From Bacillales bacterium (lineage in GTDB: Bacteria > Bacillota > Bacilli > Bacillales > DASSOY01): DNA of 64,000 nucleotides. Below the pieces are notes generated by a model. The model did no database searches and was not told the origin of the DNA. It was given only the letters and a program-made list of their open reading frames with translations. Shown in pieces: positions 43,340 through 54,189 of this stretch. The first letter of the stretch is position 1, and each line of letters begins with the position of its first letter. Location of the stretch: the NCBI GenBank assembly GCA_035700025.1, contig DASSOY010000007.1:1193-65192 (forward strand), read 5' to 3'. The position numbers and the translations under genes were made by a program.

Positions 43340-44677
43340 TTGGAACAAATCATTGTCCGCGGCGGAAGGCGGTTGAGCGGAACGGTAAAAGCCGAAGGCG
43401 CGAAAAACGCCGTACTGCCTGTTTTGGCCGCAACATTGTTAGCACGCAGCGGCACCAGCATCATTCATGATGTGCCCGCCCTTGCTGATGTATATACAAT
43501 CCAAGAAGTGATCCGTCATTTGAACGCCGATGTAGATTTCAATGATCATACGGTTACGATCAACGCGGAAAAATTGCTGAAAACGGACGCTCCTTTTGAA
43601 TATGTTCGAAAAATGCGCGCTTCGTTTCTCGTGATGGGTTCGCTGCTCGCGCGGTCGGGACGCGCCCGCATCGCTTTGCCGGGCGGATGTGCGATCGGCT
43701 CGAGGCCGATCGACCAACATTTGAAAGGCTTCGAAGCGATGGGCGCGAAAGTGAAGATCGGAAACGGCTATATCGAAGCGACCGTGAAGGAGAAGCTTCA
43801 AGGCGCGAAAATTTATCTCGATTTTCCGAGTGTTGGGGCAACGGAGAACATCATGATGGCAGCTACACTCGCCGAAGGAACAACGACGATCGAAAATGCG
43901 GCCGAAGAGCCGGAAATCGTTTGCCTTGCCGACTATTTGAATCGAATGGGAGCGAAAGTGACCGGCGCAGGAACCGGAACGATTTTCGTTGAAGGCGTGA
44001 ACGAACTGGAAGGTGCCGAACACCGAATCATTCCGGATCGTATTGAAGCCGGTACGTTCATGACTGCTGCAGCGATCACGGGAGGAAACGTGTTCGTCGA
44101 AGGAGCGACTTCGTCCCATTTGCGTCCGCTCATCGCCAAAATGGAAGAAATGGGCGTCGTCATACAAGAAGAAAGCCATGGATTGCGAGTGATCGCGCCG
44201 GAGCAGTTAAAGGCCGTCGACATCAAGACGATGCCGCATCCCGGTTTCCCTACGGACATGCAACCGCAAATGATGGCGCTGCTGCTCAAGGCGCACGGAA
44301 CCGGAGTGATTACGGAGACGGTATTTGAAAATCGGTTTATGCACGTCGAGGAATTCCGGCGGATGAACGGAGATATCAAAATTGAAGGCCGGTCGGCCAT
44401 CATCAACGGGCCGAATCCTCTACAAGGCGCGGAAGTAACGGCAACAGATTTGAGAGCCGGCGCGGCATTGACGATCGCTGGGCTCGCGGCCGACGGGATT
44501 ACGAGAATCAGCGGACTCGAGCACATCGATCGCGGCTACGTAAATTTTACCGAAAAGCTGTGTTCGCTCGGTGCCATCGTGGAACGCATCCAAGTCGAAG
44601 AAACGATAGCCGCCGTGGAAACACAAACCGAAAAGAGCAAAGCGGCATTCAAAGCCGTCAACGCCAAATTCGCATAA
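43340..44677 (+). CDS. murAA: UDP-N-acetylglucosamine 1-carboxyvinyltransferase, paralog 1
   Basis: TTG 43340 is 5 nt after [39 protein letters not shown]...[15 protein letters not shown]. Confidence 0.96.
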   Translation: MEQIIVRGGRRLSGTVKAEGAKNAVLPVLAATLLARSGTSIIHDVPALADVYTIQEVIRHLNADVDFNDHTVTINAEKLLKTDAPFEYVRKMRASFLVMGSLLARSGRARIALPGGCAIGSRPIDQHLKGFEAMGAKVKIGNGYIEATVKEKLQGAKIYLDFPSVGATENIMMAATLAEGTTTIENAAEEPEIVCLADYLNRMGAKVTGAGTGTIFVEGVNELEGAEHRIIPDRIEAGTFMTAAAITGGNVFVEGATSSHLRPLIAKMEEMGVVIQEESHGLRVIAPEQLKAVDIKTMPHPGFPTDMQPQMMALLLKAHGTGVITETVFENRFMHVEEFRRMNGDIKIEGRSAIINGPNPLQGAEVTATDLRAGAALTIAGLAADGITRISGLEHIDRGYVNFTEKLCSLGAIVERIQVEETIAAVETQTEKSKAAFKAVNAKFA

Positions 44678-44700
44678 GACCGGGAAACCGGTCTTTTTTT
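44678..44700 (+). terminator. Intrinsic terminator after murAA
   Basis: GACCGG-GAAA-CCGGTC followed by T7. Confidence 0.8.
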
Positions 44701-44822
44701 CGTTCACCGGCTTGCGGTGCAAGTCGGTTTTTTTCATTTTTCGGTCTTCGACCGCTTTGTTCTAAAGGCTTGTCCACCCCCATACACTAGAAGGAACAAG
44801 CAAAAAAACGGGGGAGTTGCCA

Positions 44823-45833
44823 GTGAAGCCGTATTTCATCGCAGCCTGTTTAATTCTCGGATTCGTTCTCGTCGTGCCGGCGGCGATCGTCGTGCCGTTT
44901 TCAAACGACGGCACCGCAGTTGCCACTCCGCCAGAGTTGGAGGCAAACGTTCCGGAACCACAAGCGCCGATATCGCCGTTCTCGATTTCGGTTTACCGCA
45001 CATCGGAAAATGAGGTGGAGACGGTTCCGCTCGAAAAGTATGTCGTCGGTGTGGTCGCTTCAGAAATGCCGGCGAATTTTGAATTGGAAGCGCTGAAGGC
45101 GCAAGCGCTTGCGGCGCGCACGTACATCGTCCACTACTTGCTCAATCCGCCGGACTTGAATTTGCCGGACGGCGCGCAAGTGACGGATACGCCGATGAAC
45201 CAGGTGTACAACGATCCGCAGCAATTAAAGGAGATTTGGGGAGCGGACTACGATTGGAAGATCGCGAAAATCCGCAAGGCGGTCGACGAAACGAGAGGGC
45301 AAATCATCACTTACAACGGGAAGCCGATCACGGTTGCCTTTTTTTCCACGAGCAATGGCTATACGGAAAGTGCCGATGCGTATTGGCAAAACGCGCTTCC
45401 GTATTTGCAAAGCGTTCCAAGTCCGTGGGACCGCCAGTCGCCGAAGTTTGCTTCAACCGAAACGATCCCGACCGCGGAAGTAGAAGCAAAACTTGGAGTC
45501 TCTTTAACTGAAGACGGAAAAATTGGCGAGGTCCTCAAAACGACGCCCGGTCACCGGGTCGGCGAGATCAAAATCGACGGGACCGTCTTTTCCGGCCGGG
45601 AAGTGAGGGAAACATTGAACCTTCGTTCCACTGATTTCTCAATGACGCGGCAAGGCGATGAGGTGATCGTCCGTACGAAAGGCTGGGGACACGGCGTCGG
45701 GATGAGCCAATACGGCGCCAACGGGCTCGCCGGGGAAGGCAAAACGTACAAACAAATTGTAAAATATTACTACCGGGGCGTATCGATTTCTGACTTGAAG
45801 CCGTACACGGCGAAGCTGACCGCTGTAAAATAA
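44823..45833 (+). CDS. spoIID: Stage II sporulation protein D (lytic transglycosylase)
   Basis: One N-terminal TM helix, then LEKYVVGVVASEMPANFELEALKAQALAARTY...AFFSTSNGYTE...GWGHGVGMSQYGA. GTG 44823 was preferred over TTG 44817. Confidence 0.92.
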   Translation: MKPYFIAACLILGFVLVVPAAIVVPFSNDGTAVATPPELEANVPEPQAPISPFSISVYRTSENEVETVPLEKYVVGVVASEMPANFELEALKAQALAARTYIVHYLLNPPDLNLPDGAQVTDTPMNQVYNDPQQLKEIWGADYDWKIAKIRKAVDETRGQIITYNGKPITVAFFSTSNGYTESADAYWQNALPYLQSVPSPWDRQSPKFASTETIPTAEVEAKLGVSLTEDGKIGEVLKTTPGHRVGEIKIDGTVFSGREVRETLNLRSTDFSMTRQGDEVIVRTKGWGHGVGMSQYGANGLAGEGKTYKQIVKYYYRGVSISDLKPYTAKLTAVK

Positions 45834-45939
45834 GGAACAAGTGAAAAAGTCAGTCTTGTCGAAAAATGGCGACAAGAAAATGGAATTTCAGGTATAGAAT
45901 CTCAGGAATGTGATCAGAATGGTTCCTGAGGTGATAATC

Positions 45940-46788
45940 ATGAAAAAAGACGAAAAGCAATCGACGCGTCAGGAAAACATGCCAAAATGGCGCAAGTTTG
46001 CTAGAAAACGTTGGGTTTACCCGGCGGTGTATCTCGGACTCGCGGCGATTGTCATCGCTTCCGTGCTCTGGATGCAAACGGGTCCGAACGAAGGCGATTA
46101 TTCGATCGATCCGTCGAAAAACGGTTCGGGAGAAAAAGAGACTTCGCTTTACAATCAAAACAAGGACGCCGTCCCGGTAAACACGATGAAAGAACAGTTC
46201 CAATGGCCGGTGAAAGACCGGAATGCCGTGACCGTGCAGAAACCGTTTTACGACTACAATGCCTCTTTGGAAGACCAACAAGCTGCTCTCGTCCTTAACG
46301 ATCATACTTACCGTCCAAACACGGGGATCAATTTGTCTACCGAGAGCGGAAAAAGTTTTGCGGTTACGGCGTCGCTGAGCGGGACCGTTTTGAAAGCGGA
46401 GGAAGACCCGGAACTCGGCTATGTCGTCAAAGTTGACAACGGCGATGGTGTAACGACCATTTATTCGAGTCTGAAAAGCACAGCTGTCGAAAAAGGCGAC
46501 AAAGTCGAGCAAGGCGATAAGATCGGCATGGCTGGTCAAAGCGACTATTTTGAAAAAGCGGGCGTAATCGTCCACTTCGAAATTCGCAAAGACGGCAAGC
46601 CGGTCAATCCGGTCAGCTATTTCGGCCAAAGCAAAGCGGAACTGCTGAAATCGATGAGCGACGACACGAACAAGGACAAGAAGCAAGACGATTCGTCTTC
46701 GGCAACCGATGAGCCCAAGCAACAGAAAAAGCAGGACGAGGCACCGAAGAACGACGAAACGAGCAATGAAACGTCCAACAACGCATAG
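45940..46788 (+). CDS. spoIIQ: Stage II sporulation protein Q (degenerate LytM/M23 domain)
   Basis: MKKDEKQSTRQENMPKWRKFARKRWVYPAVYLGLAAIVIASVLWMQ closely parallels the B. subtilis SpoIIQ N-terminus. LSGTVLKAEEDPELGYVVKVDNGDGVTTIYSSL is the M23-like core, followed by an acidic, K-rich tail. Confidence 0.85.
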   Translation: MKKDEKQSTRQENMPKWRKFARKRWVYPAVYLGLAAIVIASVLWMQTGPNEGDYSIDPSKNGSGEKETSLYNQNKDAVPVNTMKEQFQWPVKDRNAVTVQKPFYDYNASLEDQQAALVLNDHTYRPNTGINLSTESGKSFAVTASLSGTVLKAEEDPELGYVVKVDNGDGVTTIYSSLKSTAVEKGDKVEQGDKIGMAGQSDYFEKAGVIVHFEIRKDGKPVNPVSYFGQSKAELLKSMSDDTNKDKKQDDSSSATDEPKQQKKQDEAPKNDETSNETSNNA

Positions 46789-46807
46789 GACTTCATTGCC
46801 ACGACAA

Positions 46808-46840
46808 GCTCCGCGGGAACGCTCGCGGGGCTTTTTTTTT
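46808..46840 (+). terminator. Intrinsic terminator after spoIIQ
   Basis: GCTCCGCG-GGAACGCT-CGCGGGGC (one GU pair) followed by T9. Confidence 0.75.
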
Positions 46841-46946
46841 ATAAAATACCGAACCTTACCGAAGCTCATTTTCCCCGCTCAAGAAGGAATTGCGGGCGGT
46901 TGTGGCGAATTTTTTTTCATAACCCAATACAGAGAGGACCGGAAAC

Positions 46947-47837
46947 ATGAATCGAGATGCGAAAGGAACGCAAGCTGTGGTCGCAACGTTTTCCATTGCT
47001 GCCTATGATCCCGAGGCGGAAGAATGGGGAATCGCGGTTCAATCGAAGTTTCTTGCCGTCGGTTCCGTTGTGCCTTGGCTGAAAGCGGGGGCGGGCGCCG
47101 TGGCTACCCAGTCGTATGCCAACACGTCGTACGGGCCGGAAGGGCTGAAATTGCTGGAAAGCGGCATGAGCGCCGAAGAGGTCGTGAAACGGTTGACCGA
47201 CGCGGATGAGGACCGGGATCTCCGCCAAGTGGGGATTGTTGATAAAAGTGGAGCCGCAGCCACGTTCACGGGGAAAGACTGCTTTGAGTGGGCCGGGGGG
47301 AGAATCGGCAACCATTACGCGGCGCAAGGGAACATTTTGGTGAATGAGGAAACGGTGAATGCGATGGCGGAAACGTTCGAGCGCGTGGACGGCTCGCTGG
47401 CATCGCGTTTATTGGCTGCGCTCGAAGCCGGCCAGCTGGCTGGCGGCGACCGGCGCGGAAGGCAGTCGGCTGCGCTTGCCGTCGTGCGGGAAGGCGGCGG
47501 GTACGGAGGATTCAACGACCGGGTCGTCGACCTTCGCGTCGACGACCACGAAAAGCCGATCAAAGAGCTGGCGCGCATTTATCAGCTGCACGAGCTGTAC
47601 TTCTCGGAAACGAAACCAGAAAACGTCGCCGAAATTGAAGGCGACCTTCGCGAAGAAATGGAAGGCGAATTGGTCCGCCTCAATTACTTGGCACCCGGCG
47701 AGGCATCCGACGACGACCGCTTCTACGAAGCGTTGACCTCGTTTCTGCATACAGAAAACTTCGAGGAACGCGAACAGCCGCAGGGCAAAGTCGACCTGGC
47801 CGTCGTCGCGTTCATGAAAGGTTTGAGTCCTCGTTGA
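46947..47837 (+). CDS. DUF1028 (Ntn-hydrolase fold) protein with a C-terminal extension
   Basis: It has the TFSI nucleophile motif after a short leader, the GGDRRGRQSAAL motif, and an extra C-terminal domain of about 70 aa. It is a paralog of 54190-54882. Confidence 0.8.
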   Translation: MNRDAKGTQAVVATFSIAAYDPEAEEWGIAVQSKFLAVGSVVPWLKAGAGAVATQSYANTSYGPEGLKLLESGMSAEEVVKRLTDADEDRDLRQVGIVDKSGAAATFTGKDCFEWAGGRIGNHYAAQGNILVNEETVNAMAETFERVDGSLASRLLAALEAGQLAGGDRRGRQSAALAVVREGGGYGGFNDRVVDLRVDDHEKPIKELARIYQLHELYFSETKPENVAEIEGDLREEMEGELVRLNYLAPGEASDDDRFYEALTSFLHTENFEEREQPQGKVDLAVVAFMKGLSPR

Positions 47838-48039
47838 GGGCTGGTTTGGATGGGGGTATAGAGGGACAGCGTTTCTGTTGATTGCGACTTTCGAAGGAAT
47901 TGAAAGCAAGTTCCAAGTTTCGTACCCCACGAACTATCGGATACAGTACATGGGTAAGTTCGGCAAAAGTCAAACAGCTTGAAATGGACGTTGTCTTCTC
48001 AGGAATCCGGAATGAAATATGTCAACAGTAGGTGAGTTT

Positions 48040-48489
48040 ATGAAAATCGACGAAACAGATAAGAAAATATTGGATTTGTTAGCCGAGAATGGCCGAATGT
48101 CTTATGTCGATATCGGCAAACAATTGAACTTATCGCGCGTTTCAATTCGCGAACGCGTCCACCAAATGAAAGAAAGCGGTATCATCGAGAAATTCAGTGT
48201 CGTTGTTAATTCTGAAATGGCCGGAAAAAAGGTATCCGCATTTTTCGAGGTTGATTGTGAACCGGCATATCTCGTGGAAGTAGCGGAAACGCTCGTGAAC
48301 AATCCAAGTGTCGCCAGCTGTTACCAAATGACGGGTCCGAGCACGCTGCACATGCACGTGCTTGTTGAAGACTTCCGGCGGCTGGAGCAATTTATCAACG
48401 AAGAATTGTACAGCTTGGAAGGCATTACGCGTGTCAGCAGTCATATTTTATTGCGCCGATTCAAGAGTCGCACCGGGCTGAAACTATGA
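48040..48489 (+). CDS. Lrp/AsnC-family transcriptional regulator (ywrC-like)
   Basis: MKIDETDKKILDLLAENGRMSYVDIGKQLNLSRVSIRERV (HTH) plus a C-terminal RAM/ACT-like domain. Confidence 0.9.
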   Translation: MKIDETDKKILDLLAENGRMSYVDIGKQLNLSRVSIRERVHQMKESGIIEKFSVVVNSEMAGKKVSAFFEVDCEPAYLVEVAETLVNNPSVASCYQMTGPSTLHMHVLVEDFRRLEQFINEELYSLEGITRVSSHILLRRFKSRTGLKL

Positions 48490-48725
48490 TTGCTCGTCTG
48501 AAGCAGAAAGTCGAAATCATTTTATAAAAAAAAATAACGAGCCGCCGTCCTGGAGTGAGTCTTCCCGCTTTCGGACGGCCTTTGTTGTTGTCACAATTAT
48601 CGGTTGCCTTACCGATGGATAATGTTCTATAATCATCTACAAATGTTAGTCTCAATTGCGAATATTCATTAACATTTGGAAGTAAATGATGGATTTTGCA
48701 TAAATGTTGTAAAGGGGAGATTGTC

Positions 48726-50336
48726 TTGCACTTGAATCAACCGCTTTATCATCCGTACGGCTCGTCACGAAAGCCGGTATTTGCGCGAAACGGCATGGTT
48801 GCCACCTCGCAGCCGCTCGCCGCTCAGGCCGGACTCGACATCTTGAAGAAAGGCGGGAACGCCGTTGATGCAGCGATTGCCACCGCCGCCTGCCTAACTG
48901 TCGTTGAACCGACATCGAACGGAATCGGCGGGGACGCCTTTGCCCTTGTATGGATGAAAGGGAAGCTGCACGGTTTGAATGCGAGCGGACCGGCGCCGCG
49001 AGCGATGTCAATCGACCGATTGAAAGCGGACGGGCATGAGGAAATTCCGGAGACTGGCTGGGTGCCGGTGACGGTGCCGGGGACGCCTGCGGCTTGGGCG
49101 GCGCTGTCGAAACGGTTTGGGAAATTGCCGCTGGCGGAAACACTGCGGCCGGCGATTGAGTACGCGGAGAATGGCTACCCGGTTTCGCCGACGCTCGGCA
49201 GGTTTTGGAAGAAAGGGTATGAGAAATTTTCAAAGCTGGAAGGCGATGCGTTTTCGGGGTGGTTTGAGACGTTTGCGCCGAACGGCAAAGCCCCTGAAAT
49301 CGGAGAGATGTGGGCATCGCCGGGACATGCGGCCACGCTTAAAGCGATCGCCAAATCCGATGCGGAATGGTTTTACCGCGGCGAAGGCGCGGAAAAAATC
49401 GACGCATGTGCTCGGAAACATGGGGGCTATCTCACGTCTGAAGATCTAGCGGACTACGAGCCGGATTGGGTAGACCCGATTCGCGTAAACTATCGAGGCT
49501 ACGACGTTTGGGAAATTCCGCCGAACGGGCAAGGGCTCATTGCCTTGCAGGCGCTCAATTTGGTGAAAGGGTGGACGTTTGCCGCGAAGGACTCGGTCGA
49601 CACGTATCATAAACAAATGGAAGCGTTGAAACTCGCTTTTGCCGACGGGAAAACCTATATCGCCGATCCGCGGGACATGTCGGTAAGCACGGAGGCGCTG
49701 TTGTCAGATGCCTATGCTGAAGAGCGCCGCAAGTTGATTACGAATGAGGCGCTGGAACCGGAACCGGGCGAACCGCCGAAAGGCGGCACGGTTTATTTGG
49801 CAACCGCCGACGGGGAAGGAAACATGGTATCCCTTATTCAAAGCAACTATATGGGATTCGGGTCGGGAATCGTCGTCCCGGGAACGGGAATTGCGTTGCA
49901 TAACCGAGGACATAATTTCTCGCTGGATCCGGCTTCCGACAATGCGCTGCGTCCCGGGAAACGGCCGTATCATACGATCATCCCCGGCTTTTTGACGAAA
50001 GACGGCGAAGCCGTCGGACCGTTCGGCGTTATGGGCGGATTCATGCAGCCGCAAGGTCACCTGCAAGTGATTATGAACACGATCGATTTCCATTTGAACC
50101 CGCAGGCGGCGCTGGACGCGCCGCGCTGGCAATGGCGGAAAGGGAAAATCGTCGAAGTCGAACATACCTTTCCGCATCATATCGCATCAGCATTGGCTGA
50201 TCGCGGGCATGACATCCGAATCGCGCTTGAGCCGAACAGCTTCGGCCGCGGGCAAATCATTTGGCGCAACCCGGAAAACGGGGTGTTGACCGGAGGAACG
50301 GAGCCGAGGACCGACGGCATGGTTGCCGCTTGGTAA
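48726..50336 (+). CDS. ggt: Gamma-glutamyltransferase-family protein without a signal peptide (YwrD-like)
   Basis: GMVATSQPLAAQAGLDILKKGGNAVDAAIA...EPTSNGIGGDAF...GTVYLATAD (autoprocessing Thr)...PYHTIIP...GVMGG. TTG 48726 follows AAAGGGGA; ATG 48696 is also possible. Confidence 0.9.
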   Translation: MHLNQPLYHPYGSSRKPVFARNGMVATSQPLAAQAGLDILKKGGNAVDAAIATAACLTVVEPTSNGIGGDAFALVWMKGKLHGLNASGPAPRAMSIDRLKADGHEEIPETGWVPVTVPGTPAAWAALSKRFGKLPLAETLRPAIEYAENGYPVSPTLGRFWKKGYEKFSKLEGDAFSGWFETFAPNGKAPEIGEMWASPGHAATLKAIAKSDAEWFYRGEGAEKIDACARKHGGYLTSEDLADYEPDWVDPIRVNYRGYDVWEIPPNGQGLIALQALNLVKGWTFAAKDSVDTYHKQMEALKLAFADGKTYIADPRDMSVSTEALLSDAYAEERRKLITNEALEPEPGEPPKGGTVYLATADGEGNMVSLIQSNYMGFGSGIVVPGTGIALHNRGHNFSLDPASDNALRPGKRPYHTIIPGFLTKDGEAVGPFGVMGGFMQPQGHLQVIMNTIDFHLNPQAALDAPRWQWRKGKIVEVEHTFPHHIASALADRGHDIRIALEPNSFGRGQIIWRNPENGVLTGGTEPRTDGMVAAW

Positions 50337-50391
50337 GAGGTCATTTGCACAAGTGTAGAAGAATCTAAGTTTTGATGAATCGTTATTTAAG

Positions 50392-50439
50392 AAGGTGTTT
50401 CCAAAAAAGTTTTTTGGGAACGCCTTTCGTCTTTTTTTT
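50392..50439 (+). terminator. Intrinsic terminator after ggt
   Basis: A long imperfect hairpin, AAGGTGTTTCCAAAAAAG / TTTTTTGGGAACGCCTT, then TCGTCTTTTTTTT. Confidence 0.6.
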
Positions 50440-50459
50440 ATAAATCTTCGAAAAACGGG

Positions 50460-50488
50460 TTGTCTTCTCCATTTATATGCTTTATAAT
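50460..50488 (+). promoter_or_regulatory. Candidate sigmaA promoter of the peptide ABC operon
   Basis: TTGTCT (50460-50465), a 17-nt spacer, then TATAAT (50483-50488). An AT-rich leader of about 180 nt follows. Confidence 0.45.
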
Positions 50489-50671
50489 CCTACTTAACCA
50501 AAAATGCCGTTTGTAAGGTGTATTTGTAAATTAGGTTAACAAACGAAAGTTAAATGGCAATGTTTGTTGCTTAATGCCAATTTTTACATAAAGAAAGGGT
50601 GTTCTTGTCGAAAAAAGTATTTTTCTATGTTCTAAATTGTTAAACTATTTTGTCAAATGGGGAGGTCCATT

Positions 50672-52255
50672 ATGTTGAAAGTCGTTTGTAATCGTTCGAT
50701 GGTGATGTTGCTTGCGCTCGTGATTGTATTAGCTGGTTGTGGTTCGCAATCTGGGAACAACAATGCTTCCGGAAAGTCAGACAACACAAATGGTTCAAAA
50801 GCTGGTCAGGCAGCGACGAAAAAAGAAAATCGTGACACGCTTGTTATTGGATTGGACGATGATCCGCCGCAGCTTGATCCGCATAAATCGACGGCAGCTG
50901 TCGATCGCCAAGTGTTTCAAAGTTTATACAACACACTTGTCGACCTTGATGAAAACTTGGAGTTCGTGCCGGAACTCGCAAAAAGTTGGGAAATCACGAA
51001 TGGAGGGAAAACGTATGTTTTCAACCTTCAGGAAGGTGTAAAATTCCATGACGGAACACCGTTCAACGCCGAAGCGGTCAAATTCAACTTTGAACGCATG
51101 CTGGATCCGAAACTCGGTTCGCCCCGGAAATCGGAAATCAATCTTGTCGAGGCTGTCAAAGTTGTCGATGAATACAAAATAGAAATTGATTTGAAACAGC
51201 CGTATTCACCATTTTTGGCAGTGTTGTCCGACCGTGCCGGTATGATGGTATCGCCGACAGCGGTGAAAGAAAAAGGCAAAGATTTCTCGAACGCACCAGT
51301 AGGTACAGGTCCCTATAAGTTTGTCGAACGCGTGCAACAAGACCATGTGAAACTGACGCGTTTCGACGGTTACTGGCGCGAGAAACCGGCGATCAAAAAC
51401 GTCGTCTACAAACCGTTTCCAGACGGAAATACACGGGTAACCAACATCATTTCCGGAAACTTGGACATGCTCAACCGGATTCCAACGAATAAGCTGGAAA
51501 AGTTAAAGAGCAGTCCGAACATTAAAGTCTCGGAAAAAGCGGGCCTCGGATTTCAAGGGCTCATGCTCAATATGAACAAAGCGCCGTTCGATAACAAAAA
51601 AGTACGTAAAGCGGTTAATATTGCTCTTGATCGCGAAGCCATTGCCAAAGTCGTCTTCGCTGGAGGCGTGACCCCGGCGGTAAGCCCGTTCCCGCCTTCG
51701 AGTTGGGCAAATCCGGAAGCGCTCGAAATTCCGAAAGCTGATCCGGCGAAAGCGAAGCAGCTGCTTCAGGAAGCAGGCGTCAGCAACGTGAACTTTACGT
51801 TGAAAATTACGCCGAAACCGCTGGAGAAAAAGATTGGTCAGATGATCCAATCGATGCTGGGAGCCGCTGGCATTCAAGTGAAAATCGAGATGGTCGAATT
51901 CGGAACAATGCTTGAGCAAATGCGCAACGGAGATTACCAGGCGCTCAGAATCGGGTGGAGCGGCCGTGCGGATCCGGACGGCAACTCGTATGTATGGTTC
52001 TCAACCAACGGCTCATTGAATGAGATGGGATATTCCAATGAAAACGTTGACCAATGGCTGAGTGAAGCGAGAACGACTTCCGACCAAGAAAAACGCGCTG
52101 AATTGTATGGGAAAGTTTCGCAAGCCCTATGGGAAGATGTACCTTACGTATTCTTGTATCATCCAAAGAACTTCATCACAATGAAAAAGTATGTTGAAGG
52201 ATTTCATCACGTGCCGGACGGCATGATCCGGACGGAGACGATTTCGTTTAAATAA
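50672..52255 (+). CDS. ABC transporter substrate-binding lipoprotein, family 5 (peptide/nickel/glutathione type)
   Basis: Lipobox LLALVIVLAGC, then the family-5 pattern (LVIGLDDDPPQLDPHK...ELAKSWE...DGTPFNAEAVKFNFER). ATG 50672 follows GGGGAGG. Confidence 0.92.
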   Translation: MLKVVCNRSMVMLLALVIVLAGCGSQSGNNNASGKSDNTNGSKAGQAATKKENRDTLVIGLDDDPPQLDPHKSTAAVDRQVFQSLYNTLVDLDENLEFVPELAKSWEITNGGKTYVFNLQEGVKFHDGTPFNAEAVKFNFERMLDPKLGSPRKSEINLVEAVKVVDEYKIEIDLKQPYSPFLAVLSDRAGMMVSPTAVKEKGKDFSNAPVGTGPYKFVERVQQDHVKLTRFDGYWREKPAIKNVVYKPFPDGNTRVTNIISGNLDMLNRIPTNKLEKLKSSPNIKVSEKAGLGFQGLMLNMNKAPFDNKKVRKAVNIALDREAIAKVVFAGGVTPAVSPFPPSSWANPEALEIPKADPAKAKQLLQEAGVSNVNFTLKITPKPLEKKIGQMIQSMLGAAGIQVKIEMVEFGTMLEQMRNGDYQALRIGWSGRADPDGNSYVWFSTNGSLNEMGYSNENVDQWLSEARTTSDQEKRAELYGKVSQALWEDVPYVFLYHPKNFITMKKYVEGFHHVPDGMIRTETISFK

Positions 52256-52323
52256 TCTTTCCTAAGGTGTTGCGGGAAACTGCAACACCTTATGACTTCC
52301 TTTTTTTGAAAGGAGTTGGAGGC

Positions 52324-53280
52324 ATGACCTTCTTTTTGCTTCGCCGGTTTGGTCTGATGCTAATCGTGCTGTTTCTCGTCAGCATCATCGTGTTTTCGCT
52401 CATTAGTCTGCTGCCCGGTGATCCTGCGCTGATTATGCTCGGTCAAGAAGCGACACCAGAAGCATTGGCCGCATTGCGTGAACAAATGGGGCTGAATGAT
52501 CCGATTTACATTCAATATCTCCATTGGGCGACCGGAGTGCTGCAAGGCGACCTCGGTCATTCAATTCAAGACCACACACCGGTACTTGAAATTTTGTTGA
52601 ACAAGATCCCTGTCACTCTCGAACTCACGATTATTTCATTTATCATTGCCATTCTCATCGCTTTGCCGATCGGCATTTTGAGTGCGGTCCGAAAAGGAAC
52701 CCTTCTTGATTATTCCGGTACCTTCTTTGCACTCTCCGGTGTATCGCTGCCTTCTTTTTGGCTCGGCATTTTATTGATTTACGCGTTTGCCGTCCAACTA
52801 GACTGGTTTGCCCCGTCCGGATACGTGCCGTTCAGCGAAGACGTTTGGAGAAACCTGCTTCTCATGCTTCTTCCTGCAGTGACGCTCGGATCACGGTTGG
52901 CCGCAGAATTGATGCGAATGATTCGTTCCAGTCTGCTTGAGGTGCTTGAATCTGATTTTATACGAACCGGTTACGCGAAAGGATTGCTCGAACGCTCGGT
53001 GGTTTTTGGACACGCCTTGAAAAACGCTCTTATTCCGGTCATCACTGTTAGCGGACTACAGCTGACGACATTTTTCGGCGGTGCGGTGATTGTCGAAACG
53101 ATTTTTGCCGTTCCCGGCCTCGGACGCCTTATATATGACTCGATCTTATCGAGAGACTATCCGGTCGTTCAAGGCGTCGTGCTGTTCATGGCTTTTGCCG
53201 TTGTCGTGACGAATTTCCTAATCGATATCGTCTATTCAATCATCGATCCGCGTATTAAGTTGAGCGGGGGGAGTAAATGA
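52324..53280 (+). CDS. ABC transporter permease (DppB/OppB type)
   Basis: MTFFLLRRFGLMLIVLFLVSIIVFSL...PGDP and the EAA-loop region (DFIRTGYAKGL). Confidence 0.93.
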   Translation: MTFFLLRRFGLMLIVLFLVSIIVFSLISLLPGDPALIMLGQEATPEALAALREQMGLNDPIYIQYLHWATGVLQGDLGHSIQDHTPVLEILLNKIPVTLELTIISFIIAILIALPIGILSAVRKGTLLDYSGTFFALSGVSLPSFWLGILLIYAFAVQLDWFAPSGYVPFSEDVWRNLLLMLLPAVTLGSRLAAELMRMIRSSLLEVLESDFIRTGYAKGLLERSVVFGHALKNALIPVITVSGLQLTTFFGGAVIVETIFAVPGLGRLIYDSILSRDYPVVQGVVLFMAFAVVVTNFLIDIVYSIIDPRIKLSGGSK

Positions 53281-54176
53281 TGGAGAATGCGAAACCAGTG
53301 GCGGGGCCAGCGCCCGTCGTGAAAAAAAATCCAAAGATCCGCCGGCTGCGCGAAATGTGGCAGCGGCTTTGGCTCAATAAATTAGCTGTCGCCGGCGGCT
53401 TTTTCATGCTGCTGTTAATCATCATGGCACTCTTTGCCGGCGTATTGTCGCCGTATGATCCGACATTGCAAAACTATTCGGTTGTTTTGCAGCCGCCGAG
53501 TGCCGAGCATTGGTTCGGTACCGACGGCTTAGGCCGCGACATTCTTACCCGCGTCATGCACGGTGCGCAAGTTTCCTTGAAAGCCGGCCTCATTTCCGTC
53601 GGCATTGCGCTCGCCATCGGGCTGCCGATCGGCTTGTTTTCCGGCTATTACCGCGGCTTGTGGGACGAGCTGCTCATCATGCGATTCACCGACGCGATGC
53701 TCGCTTTCCCGCCGCTTGTCCTCGCCTTGACGCTCGCCGCCGTGCTCGGTGCCGGCTTGGAAAACGCAATGATTGCGATCGGCCTCGTCTTCACACCGAA
53801 CTACATTCGCTTGATGAGAGGCGAGGTGCTCGCCAAACGCGAAAGCGAATACGTCGCCGCCGCCAAGTCTTCCGGCATTAAAGATTGGCGCATCATGATG
53901 TTTCACATCTTTCCGAACGCATTCGGACCAATACTCGTTCAAGCGACGTTGAACGTCGCCGGGGCGATTCTCGCCGAAGCTTCGCTAAGCTTCCTCGGTC
54001 TCGGCACACAGCCGCCGACCCCGAGCTGGGGCGCGATGCTTGCCGACGGTCAAGGCTATTTGCAACAAGCACCGTGGATCGTCATCTTCCCGGGGTTGTT
54101 CATTTTCCTCGCCGTCATGTCGATCAATTTATTCGGTGACGGGATCCGGGACATGCTCGATCCGAAAACGAAATAA
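53277..54176 (+). CDS. ABC transporter permease (DppC/OppC type)
   Basis: HWFGTDGLGRDILTRVMHG and EYVAAAKSSGI motifs. The start makes an ATGA overlap with the upstream permease. Confidence 0.93.
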   Translation: MMENAKPVAGPAPVVKKNPKIRRLREMWQRLWLNKLAVAGGFFMLLLIIMALFAGVLSPYDPTLQNYSVVLQPPSAEHWFGTDGLGRDILTRVMHGAQVSLKAGLISVGIALAIGLPIGLFSGYYRGLWDELLIMRFTDAMLAFPPLVLALTLAAVLGAGLENAMIAIGLVFTPNYIRLMRGEVLAKRESEYVAAAKSSGIKDWRIMMFHIFPNAFGPILVQATLNVAGAILAEASLSFLGLGTQPPTPSWGAMLADGQGYLQQAPWIVIFPGLFIFLAVMSINLFGDGIRDMLDPKTK

Positions 54177-54189
54177 AGGGGCAACGTAA

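Noticed and set aside
45841-45939. I tried to identify the forespore (sigmaF) promoters of spoIIQ and spoIIR and the sigmaE promoter of spoIID.
   Set aside because: Only weak partial matches were visible by eye (for example GTATA at about 45891). None had convincing spacing to a -10 element, so they are not reported as features.
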